Source: an uncultured Christensenella sp.
GTDB taxonomy: Bacteria > Bacillota > Clostridia > Christensenellales > UBA1242
Reading direction: 5' to 3'
Length of the DNA: 64,000 nucleotides
NCBI GenBank assembly: GCA_964564685.1
Contig: CAZMBC010000001.1
Span: 162,376-226,375 of the forward strand
The notes below the pieces were generated by a model. The model saw nothing but the letters and a program-made list of their open reading frames with translations. It made no database searches and was not told where the DNA came from. Shown here in pieces: positions 8,587 to 15,883 of this stretch. The first letter of the stretch is position 1; each line of letters begins with the position of its first letter. Made by a program: the position numbers and the translations under genes.

Positions 8587-8751
8587 ATGTTTTTCAATAA
8601 CAACTGTGGTTGCAACAATTGGAACAATAATTGTTGTAACTGTTGCAGAAGAACTTGCTGTGGCGCTTTTGACAATTGTTCTTGTTGTAGAAACGCTTTT
8701 AATAGATGTTGCGGAGGCTTACAAAACTTTAACACAACAAACTTTATTTAA
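8587..8751 (+). CDS. 54-aa Cys/Asn-rich small protein (13 Cys, 15 Asn)
   Basis: AAGAGG lies 7 nt before the ATG at 8587. Sequence: MFFNNNCGCNNWNNNCCNCCRRTCCGAFDNCSCCRNAFNRCCGGLQNFNTTNFI. A strong hairpin terminator follows at 8777-8810. Confidence 0.55.
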   Translation: MFFNNNCGCNNWNNNCCNCCRRTCCGAFDNCSCCRNAFNRCCGGLQNFNTTNFI

Positions 8752-8776
8752 GGGCGCTAGAACCTACTAACGTAGC

Positions 8777-8810
8777 AAAAAAGTACGCAATTTTGCGTAC
8801 TTTTTTGTTT
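8777..8810. terminator. Bidirectional terminator shared by the Cys-rich peptide gene (+) and folD (-)
   Basis: A6-GTACGCA-ATTT-TGCGTAC-T6. Confidence 0.7.
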
Positions 8811-9659
8811 TTACTGTTTTTCTGCAATCCTTTCGGCGGATATAACCGTTTGCTCCATAAGCGAGGCAATTGTCATTGGTCCAACACCGCCCGGAACAGG
8901 GGTGTAAGCAGACGCAACGTCTTTGGCATTTTCAAGATCTATATCTCCCACATTGCCCTCGTTGTAACCCGCATCCACAAGCACAACACCAGGCTTTAGC
9001 CACTCTTTTTTAATAAAGCGCGCCTTGCCTAACGCACCAATAACAATATCCGCACTTTTAACAACTTCGGCCAAATTTTGTGTTTTGCTATGGCAAATTG
9101 TGACTGTGCAATTTTCGTTTAAAAGCAGCATGGCAATTGGCTTGCCCAAAATAGGACTTCTGCCCACAACAACAGCGTGTTTTCCTTCAAGCTCAACTTT
9201 GTAGTGCTTTAATATTTTAATTATTCCAAGAGGTGTTGCACATTTATATGCATCCATGCCCATAGTATAGCGCCCAAATCCTGCGCAATTTACTCCGTCC
9301 ACATCCTTTTCTAGCGCAATCGCGTTAAAGCACGCCATCTCATCCACTCCCCTTGGAACGGGGTGTTGAAGCAATATTCCGCAAACTTCTTTATCATTGT
9401 TCAATCTATTAATTAAGTTTAGCAACTCTTGTGTAGTACTGGTTTCGGGCATTTCATAAATTTTACTTTGCAAACCCACCCTTTCGCACGCGCGTTTTTT
9501 CATGTTAACATAAGTAACGCTTGCAGGGTTTTTCCCAACAATAATAGTTGCCAAAACGGGCACAAAATTAAGCTTTGTTTTTAAAACATTAATCCTTTTT
9601 GCCAAGTCCTCCTCTATTAGTTTTGACAACTCTTTTCCGTTTAAAATTTGTGCATTCAA
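8811..9659 (-). CDS. folD: Bifunctional methylenetetrahydrofolate dehydrogenase/methenyl-THF cyclohydrolase
   Basis: 282 aa. ILNGKELS..., VGRSPILGKPIAMLL and TPVPGGVGPMT are characteristic FolD motifs. Confidence 0.9.
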   Translation of the reverse strand: MNAQILNGKELSKLIEEDLAKRINVLKTKLNFVPVLATIIVGKNPASVTYVNMKKRACERVGLQSKIYEMPETSTTQELLNLINRLNNDKEVCGILLQHPVPRGVDEMACFNAIALEKDVDGVNCAGFGRYTMGMDAYKCATPLGIIKILKHYKVELEGKHAVVVGRSPILGKPIAMLLLNENCTVTICHSKTQNLAEVVKSADIVIGALGKARFIKKEWLKPGVVLVDAGYNEGNVGDIDLENAKDVASAYTPVPGGVGPMTIASLMEQTVISAERIAEKQ

Positions 9660-9756
9660 CTCTAGTCCCCCTTTGTATCTTTAACAACTATTCTAGCAAA
9701 TTTTTTTGTTTTTTTAAAATATTTAGCCTCATTTTTGTTTTTTAAAAGCAAATATA

Positions 9757-9785
9757 TTGATTTATTTTAATTTATGTTGTATTAT
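9757..9785 (+). promoter_or_regulatory. Putative promoter of tRNA-Gln
   Basis: TTGATT (9757-9762), 17 nt, TATTAT (9780-9785), about 15 nt before the tRNA 5' end. Confidence 0.4.
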
Positions 9786-9800
9786 ACTTACTATAACCTT

Positions 9801-9875
9801 TGGGGTATAGCCAAGCGGTAAGGCAAGGGATTCTGACTCCCTGATGCGTGGGTTCAAATCCTACTACCCCAGCCA
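9801..9875 (+). tRNA. tRNA-Gln (anticodon CUG), CCA encoded
   Basis: Acceptor TGGGGTA/TACCCCA, anticodon arm AGGGA-TTCTGAC-TCCCT, T-arm GGTTCAAATCC, 3' GCCA. A hairpin plus T-run follows at about 9892-9918. Confidence 0.9.
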
Positions 9876-9974
9876 AACAAGACCTAATCCGAACCCGATA
9901 ATAGGGTATCGGTTTTTTTATAATCAAAGGCCATGCTTTTAATTAAATGAATTAAATTGTTTTTATTTTATGGG

Positions 9975-10003
9975 TTGACAAAAATTTCAACACAATATAT
10001 AAT
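9975..10003 (+). promoter_or_regulatory. Consensus promoter TTGACA-17-TATAAT placed 10 nt before the protease ATG (implies a leaderless or near-leaderless mRNA)
   Basis: TTGACA at 9975-9980, TATAAT at 9998-10003, ATG at 10014. No purine-rich SD lies between them (gtaaacaatt). Confidence 0.55.
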
Positions 10004-10013
10004 GTAAACAATT

Positions 10014-10724
10014 ATGAAAAAGAAAGTTGTTATTAGTTTATTCACATTTACAATAATTGCTTGTCTATTAAGTCTTGGATTTAATATGTATTTTTTAGCC
10101 ACTAAGCCCAAAGCGCCTAGTGGCATTTTTAATTTAACAAAAGACAGCGTATTAGAAATAAAAGCAGAAACGGAAAATGTTGGAACTAGTTATGGTTCAG
10201 CTGTAATAATATCTGAAGACGGAACAATAATTACCAACGCTCATGTTATTACATATAAACAATTAGGACAAAATTATCTTTTCGAAAATATTTCCGTTAG
10301 ATTTATTGACGAAGAGGATTTTAGAGAAGTTAGTGTTATAAAATATGATACACATTTAGATATTGCAGTACTAAAAATAGAGTGCAACAAAAAAATGTTT
10401 CCTATTAAAATTGGTGATGACACCAAACTAAAGCACGGAGATAGTGTTTATGCAATCGGAAATATGAGTAATTACGGAATATCTATTACTACTGGAATAG
10501 TTTCTATTCCTCATATAAATGTGTCTTATGAAGATAAAGTTAGAAATGTAATTCAATGTGACTTAACTATTTCAGATGGAAATAGTGGTGGTGCACTGGT
10601 AGATAAAAATGGAAAACTTTTAGGTCTTACAACTTTTAGATTAAAAGATAAATCAAATAATGTTATCTATGGTATTTCTTATAGTATTCCTGCAGGTACT
10701 ATAATGGAGTATATAAAAAATTAA
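10014..10724 (+). CDS. Membrane-anchored trypsin-like serine protease (S1C/HtrA-like core, no PDZ)
   Basis: 236 aa. N-terminal TM. Catalytic triad contexts TNAHVI, LDIAVLKI and GNSGGALV. Confidence 0.8.
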   Translation: MKKKVVISLFTFTIIACLLSLGFNMYFLATKPKAPSGIFNLTKDSVLEIKAETENVGTSYGSAVIISEDGTIITNAHVITYKQLGQNYLFENISVRFIDEEDFREVSVIKYDTHLDIAVLKIECNKKMFPIKIGDDTKLKHGDSVYAIGNMSNYGISITTGIVSIPHINVSYEDKVRNVIQCDLTISDGNSGGALVDKNGKLLGLTTFRLKDKSNNVIYGISYSIPAGTIMEYIKN

Positions 10725-10738
10725 TTTAGGAGGAAAAG

Positions 10739-11074
10739 ATGACAAAGAAAAGAAAACTAAATATTTCAATACTTTCTATCTGTTTAGCGCTTACTTGCTG
10801 TCTTACATACTGTTTAACTAATTATTTTCAAGCAAAATATACTACTACTCAAGCAGTTGTAAGAACAATTGATGCAACTCCAAATGAAATTGATTACCAA
10901 AGTATACTAGACGAATTTGAAGATGCAAAACTAGAAACAGTTGGCACACTAACCACTTTCGAAGGTTCTAAACCAATTCCTCTAGAAGATTTTGCAGAAT
11001 TAGACAACTTATCTGAAAGAGATATTGCAACTTGCGAAAATATATCTGTTACATATAACTTCAGTTATGATTAA
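10739..11074 (+). CDS. N-terminal part (signal anchor plus beta-rich ectodomain) of a membrane protein. It ends at a TAA that is in frame with the next ORF
   Basis: AGGAGG lies 6 nt upstream. MTKKRKLNISILSICLALTCCLTYCL... The stop at 11072-11074 is in frame with 11084..11905. Confidence 0.5.
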   Translation: MTKKRKLNISILSICLALTCCLTYCLTNYFQAKYTTTQAVVRTIDATPNEIDYQSILDEFEDAKLETVGTLTTFEGSKPIPLEDFAELDNLSERDIATCENISVTYNFSYD

Positions 11075-11083
11075 GAATCAAAT

Positions 11084-11905
11084 TTGGTTACTATTTCAGC
11101 AACAACTAAAAGTGGTGAAAGCATAATTGAAGTAGAAAAAATTCAAGGTGTAGCATTTATCAATGAAAAAGGGAATATTGATGCCGTAATGAATATTGAT
11201 GGAGAAGGCCTTCTTCTTAGCGAAATGCAGGATATGGGAATAATCCAAAATTGTGGATGGTTTAAAAATTTATTTAAAAAAGTTGTAAAAGTAGTTGCTG
11301 TTGCTGCCGCAGTTGTAGCAGTTGCTGCAGTTGTGGTTGCAACAGTTGGAGCAGCAGCACCTGCTGTAATTGCAGCTGGAGTGGGAGTTGTTTCTATTAG
11401 TGCTGCAATAACATCAGCGTCATTAGCCACGGCCGCCGTAGCAGCTGGAGTGGCAGTTGGCACAATGTTAGCTTCTTATATTCTTGACTCTGCTATTACT
11501 CTGTCTGAAACATATGTGGTTGATTTTGCTGATTCTGTTAGACAAACCAACCGCTCAGACAGATATCTACTAGTAATAATGTCTGCTCTAGATCAACCGT
11601 TAATTTCTCACTATAAACCGGTATCTCTAGAAACTGCCAAAACATGGTTTAAATTAGGTGGTCAGGTATGGACACCATATTCGAACGATGCTCAAAATCT
11701 AATTACGTCTTGCGGATATGTTGCGGGTAATAGCAAAGGAGAAATAGGAGTAGCAGAGCATAATATCATTTCTCTTGGTAATTATGGATATTATCACTAT
11801 CATGCGCTAGATCCAAATTCACATAGTAAAATTCGCTTACCTGGAAATGGCACTTCTGCTGATGCAGTAGTTGCGCATGCGATGCATTGCTTCTTTTATT
11901 ATTAA
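11084..11905 (+). CDS. Continuation ORF: ectodomain remainder, an Ala/Val/Gly-rich multi-TM segment, and a ~135-aa Cys/His-rich C-terminal domain (contains YYHYH). It has no convincing start or RBS of its own
   Basis: The only start found by the track is TTG at 11084, without an SD. It shares a frame with 10739..11074. VVKVVAVAAAVVAVAAVVVATVGAAAPAVIAAGVGVV... is followed by ...SCGYVAG...GYYHYHALDPNSHSK...VVAHAMHCFFYY. Confidence 0.45.
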   Translation: MVTISATTKSGESIIEVEKIQGVAFINEKGNIDAVMNIDGEGLLLSEMQDMGIIQNCGWFKNLFKKVVKVVAVAAAVVAVAAVVVATVGAAAPAVIAAGVGVVSISAAITSASLATAAVAAGVAVGTMLASYILDSAITLSETYVVDFADSVRQTNRSDRYLLVIMSALDQPLISHYKPVSLETAKTWFKLGGQVWTPYSNDAQNLITSCGYVAGNSKGEIGVAEHNIISLGNYGYYHYHALDPNSHSKIRLPGNGTSADAVVAHAMHCFFYY

Positions 11906-11922
11906 ATGGAGATATTAAACAA

Positions 11923-12288
11923 ATGGACAAACAAAAAGAATTAATTGAATTATTTGGACAAAATTACAATAATATTAATAACCTAAAAGAATATTTGAAT
12001 AAAAAATATCATCCTAAGTATTTTAATACTTTTAAAGAATTTTGTAAGCATATTTCTTTAAAGAATGAAAGCATAGAAGATTATACAGATGATTATATTT
12101 CTAAAGATGATTCATGTGTCATAATCTTATTTGATGATTATCGCGATTTTTACAATTCTACTGAAAGCGATAAATTTAGCGATGATATTATTGTTTGTTT
12201 TGACAAGGATACAAAAAAAATCATCAAATACTATTACACCGGTTTAGAAAATAATTATCTGCAAGACATTGATTCTTTTATACATTAA
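11923..12288 (+). CDS. Small acidic cytoplasmic protein (121 aa), immunity-protein-like by size, charge and position
   Basis: ATG at 11923 with GGAG about 11 nt upstream. D/E/Y-rich, with no TM. Lies immediately after the Cys/His-rich domain ORF. Confidence 0.45.
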   Translation: MDKQKELIELFGQNYNNINNLKEYLNKKYHPKYFNTFKEFCKHISLKNESIEDYTDDYISKDDSCVIILFDDYRDFYNSTESDKFSDDIIVCFDKDTKKIIKYYYTGLENNYLQDIDSFIH

Positions 12289-12493
12289 TCCCCAAATGTA
12301 TCCTTCAGGTCAAACCATGTCAGTACCACTATCAGGTTTATGCCCTACATTCTTCTCTTCATTGTAGAATTGCCTGAAGGCAAGTCAGAGATGATTAATT
12401 ATGTTGAGTGGGAATCATTTGGCGATAATTTATTTGAAGAATTACATAATTTAGAATTAGAAAATGAGCATGAAATAGAAAAATAAATTTCAT

Positions 12494-12531
12494 AAAAAAC
12501 AAAGGGATAAAAAATTATCCCTTTGTTTTTT
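12494..12531 (+). terminator. Rho-independent terminator closing the cassette
   Basis: AAAAAACAAAGGGATAA-loop-TTATCCCTTTGTTTTTT. Confidence 0.75.
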
Positions 12532-12850
12532 ATGTGCTAATTTACTTCTTATATCTACTCTATACCTTTTATCTTAATAACTTCTAATGAATCGTTTTAC
12601 GTTTGATTCGCTCAGCCAAAATAAGCACCGACTGTTTATTAGCCGGTGTTTTTCTTTTTGGGAAGCATAGCATTGGTTAGTCTATTATATTACAGATATT
12701 AATACTGTTATTGTTACATTTAATATTACAGCCATAATAGGAATTATTCATGCGTGTTTTTTACTCTTTTTTAAAAATGCATAATGGTTACAAATTTATT
12801 TTTGTTAACATAAAATGAAACAAATGCATTAAAAAAGGAGGTGTGTTGAA

Positions 12851-13108
12851 ATGCAATTTTTTTGTGTTGTTTACTATGCGCTAAGCTATTTACAAATAGT
12901 CCCACAAATCCTTAAATTAATAAGAACAAAATCAAGCAACGACTACAGTTTAGGGCAAGTTATCGTTGCGCTAATAGCAATGTTAAGTTGGGGTATTTAT
13001 GTGTTTGCAACACACCAATGCACGCTAATATGTATAGGCACAGCAATAGATATTGGGCTTTTGACCATAACAGATATATTTATTTTTATGTATTACAAAA
13101 ACAAGTAA
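12851..13108 (+). CDS. SemiSWEET / PQ-loop family small sugar transporter (3 TM)
   Basis: 85 aa. A single PQ-loop (LQIVPQILKLIRTKSSNDYSL) and three TM helices. AAGGAGG is the RBS. Confidence 0.6.
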   Translation: MQFFCVVYYALSYLQIVPQILKLIRTKSSNDYSLGQVIVALIAMLSWGIYVFATHQCTLICIGTAIDIGLLTITDIFIFMYYKNK

Positions 13109-13132
13109 AAAGGAAAGGGGGTTAACCCCTTT

Positions 13133-14071
13133 TTATTTTTTAAAAAACATATTCAAAAACCCCGACTTTTGTGTTTTTGCCTGTTTTTGCACCTGGGCCG
13201 GGGCAAAAAGTTCGTTAATAGAATTAAGGAAAGTAAGTGGAATGTCCTTGTTTTGTTCAAAAATTTCTGGTAAATATTCAAGACCAATTGGATGCGGAAT
13301 AAGCGCATTTCCTACCTCAATAGTAAACGCGGGCACTTCCAAGTTTAAACTAATCCAATCCGAATAACCACCTGTTGAATTTTCGGTTTTAATAATTTCG
13401 TAACCATTAACTGCCGAAAGTTGTTGTGCAATACGCAAATCACGCTCAATTTGAGCGGGCGTAAGCGTTTCAAATCCGTAATAAATAACCTCGCCTTTTG
13501 TGTGATACGAAAGCGTGCCTTTGGGTTGGTTTTTGTTTGTAAACGCAATTAATTCCCTAACCTCGCGCTCACTATCGGGATAGTACCCCACAAAATTGCC
13601 AGGAGCGGGGCAAAACACATTTTGACTGCCACCACCCCACAGCGCGTTAAAGTTAACATTAAGATCCACCGCATTTGCATTCGCTTTCCAAAGCGAAAAA
13701 TCCTCACTTCCGTCATTAACACTAATCAAAAACTGTCGCAATTGCTCACAAGGCAAGCCCACAGGGCCATCTAACACCAGCTTAACACCATCGGGATTGC
13801 TCATTGGAATAAAGTAAATACCACCATCAATCGGCGTGTTTTGCAAATATTCCACCATTTGCACCAAAAGAGTCGCAGTAACCCACTCACGCGCATGTAT
13901 TGCGCCTTCTAAAAGTATTTGGTTGCCCTCGTAGTTTCCTATGTGCGCGCCATAAATTGGATTGCCCAAAAGCGAATATCCTACAACAAAAAAATCCACA
14001 TTTTCTAAGTTGCTTAACCCCAAAATACGGTTTTGAATTTCCTCAAATGTTGCCATAAAAAATACCCCCAT
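13133..14071 (-). CDS. M14 family zinc carboxypeptidase (gamma-D-glutamyl-meso-diaminopimelate peptidase-like)
   Basis: 312 aa. GAIHAREWVT (HxxE zinc motif), PMSNPDG, and a later H in the YHTKGE context. Confidence 0.75.
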   Translation of the reverse strand: MGVFFMATFEEIQNRILGLSNLENVDFFVVGYSLLGNPIYGAHIGNYEGNQILLEGAIHAREWVTATLLVQMVEYLQNTPIDGGIYFIPMSNPDGVKLVLDGPVGLPCEQLRQFLISVNDGSEDFSLWKANANAVDLNVNFNALWGGGSQNVFCPAPGNFVGYYPDSEREVRELIAFTNKNQPKGTLSYHTKGEVIYYGFETLTPAQIERDLRIAQQLSAVNGYEIIKTENSTGGYSDWISLNLEVPAFTIEVGNALIPHPIGLEYLPEIFEQNKDIPLTFLNSINELFAPAQVQKQAKTQKSGFLNMFFKK

Positions 14072-14106
14072 TTCTAGGAGTATATATGCAAAACAAAGCC
14101 AATTGG

Positions 14107-14556
14107 TTAATCAAAATAATCGTTATTAGAGGCACGCTTAAACTTTTCGTTAATAATGTAATCAATGTAAGTTTCTACTAAACAGAATATCAATATTGCC
14201 GGATAAACCACAATTTGATATCCCTCCATAAACTTATATCCTTTTAACGCAAAATAAATTAGGTTGGAAATTAAAAACACACAAAGCGCCAAAAGCAAAA
14301 AAGCATTAGCAAAAATTAAAAAGTTAAAACCATGGGAATATTTTCTTTTAATTCTGCAAACCGCACGGGGATAAAACACAACAATAATGCAAAAAATGGA
14401 AGTAGCAAAAAGCCAACATGATTGCAGATTAAAATCAAACAACTCAATTATAAACGCAATCACAAAGCAACAAATTCCAACTGCTATTGCAACACCATCA
14501 ACTACTTTGCGCATCCCTTGGCCTCCGTCAAATCTTTTGTTATTATAGCACAGCAA
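14107..14556 (-). CDS. Hypothetical integral membrane protein (4 TM)
   Basis: 149 aa and hydrophobic, with no recognised motif. Confidence 0.4.
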   Translation of the reverse strand: MLCYNNKRFDGGQGMRKVVDGVAIAVGICCFVIAFIIELFDFNLQSCWLFATSIFCIIVVFYPRAVCRIKRKYSHGFNFLIFANAFLLLALCVFLISNLIYFALKGYKFMEGYQIVVYPAILIFCLVETYIDYIINEKFKRASNNDYFD

Positions 14557-14655
14557 GGAAAATTATTAAATGAATATAAGCAACTTAAATGCAAATTTTA
14601 AAGTGAAACAACTAAAAAATTTGGCGTTTTTTGTTAATAACTAAAAGGATTTTTT

Positions 14656-15309
14656 ATGCAGTATATTTTGTTAATGACCGTTTTATGCTCTATGATGCTT
14701 TATTTTGGATATCTAAAATTCAAAACCGACGCACTTTCTGCGTTGGCAGTTGGCGGAGCTGTAAGTTCCAACCTTTACAATGCAGTGGATTATGGGATAA
14801 AAATGGGGAAAATTTACTTTGGCATAGACGCAGTTATTTACACATTCTTTTTAGCCTGTGTTGTAATATCGCTTTTTGAGTTTGGAAAAAAGCAAGCCTT
14901 TAAACTTATGTACAACTCCATAACTGCAATAATGTTTTCGGCCGTGGTGGCATTTGTGGTTGCACTAGCACAAGAGGGTTGGAATAGCGAAATGCTTACA
15001 AAACTGCTTTCCTACACTATTAATAGCGCCTCAACTGCTTTAACAACTTTTTGCATTTGGTGGGTTTATAAACCCTTAAAAGAAAAAGTTTCAAACAAAT
15101 ATTTGTTATGTGGCATTCTTATTACTTTTGGCAGCATTATAAACACATTTTCTTACTTTAGCGTAATGGCTGTGTTGGCCACATCTTATATATCCCCTCA
15201 CTTTTGGTCGTCACTATTAGGCGCATATATTACAAAATTAATTTGTGTAGCTGTGGCATGTTTAACCTATTACTTACTTGCAAAAAGTAAAACAAGAACC
15301 ACTAAATAG
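14656..15309 (+). CDS. Hypothetical integral membrane protein (about 6 TM), possibly a substrate-capture/transport component
   Basis: 217 aa and hydrophobic. Preferred over the overlapping 14631..14879 ORF because of its length and TM periodicity. Confidence 0.45.
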   Translation: MQYILLMTVLCSMMLYFGYLKFKTDALSALAVGGAVSSNLYNAVDYGIKMGKIYFGIDAVIYTFFLACVVISLFEFGKKQAFKLMYNSITAIMFSAVVAFVVALAQEGWNSEMLTKLLSYTINSASTALTTFCIWWVYKPLKEKVSNKYLLCGILITFGSIINTFSYFSVMAVLATSYISPHFWSSLLGAYITKLICVAVACLTYYLLAKSKTRTTK

Positions 15310-15469
15310 CCTGGTTTTAGTAACAAAAATAATTTAATTTTACAAAAATATGCTTTTTGTTTTTTATGAATACTTATAATTAAGGAATAGCTAAATTTAA
15401 GCTTTGTTTATGCAAAAAAAAGAACATTTTTAAAATGCTCTTTTTTTAAAAGTATTTGTTAGTTGTATG

Positions 15470-15688
15470 CTATGCGTTAATAAGCCTACAGATGTGCTTT
15501 TGGGTAATCATGTAAACCAAGTCCAAAACCCAAATTAGCCATCCACCGAAGATTCTTACTACTCCGGCAACAATTTTGCCCTCTTGGAATCTGGTAACAA
15601 CACCGCAAACCCAAGCAGTAACAGGGATAATTGCCAAAATAAGGCTAACTATGTACCCAAGACCAAAATAATCAGATTTCTTTGCCAT
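15470..15688 (-). CDS. Small membrane protein (2 TM)
   Basis: 72 aa. MAKKSDYFGLGYIVSLILAIIP... Confidence 0.4.
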   Translation of the reverse strand: MAKKSDYFGLGYIVSLILAIIPVTAWVCGVVTRFQEGKIVAGVVRIFGGWLIWVLDLVYMITQKHICRLINA

Positions 15689-15883
15689 ATCTATGCTCCT
15701 TTATTATTTAATGAAATATATTCATTTCTAAACATATTATATAACTAAACTACACAATTAAGCAAATAATTTTTTAAATAATTATATTTGTTTATTATGC
15801 TTTCGACCAAGTAATATGGTTTAATTTTAGTCCTTTATGTTTTAGTATATTTTTATTAATAAATTATAGTTTTTAGAACAGCT

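Noticed and set aside
8484-8735. 83-aa Q/L-rich minus-strand ORF overlapping the Cys-rich peptide gene.
   Set aside because: Its Q/L/K repeats are the mirror image of the Asn/Cys codons (AAC/TGC/TGT read as GTT/GCA/ACA) on the plus strand. It has no RBS, and its 3' end runs into AT-rich spacer. The plus-strand peptide has the RBS and the terminator.
11143-11463. 106-aa Ala/Thr-rich minus-strand ORF.
   Set aside because: It is the antisense shadow of the GCN/GTN-rich Ala/Val segment of ORF 11084..11905.
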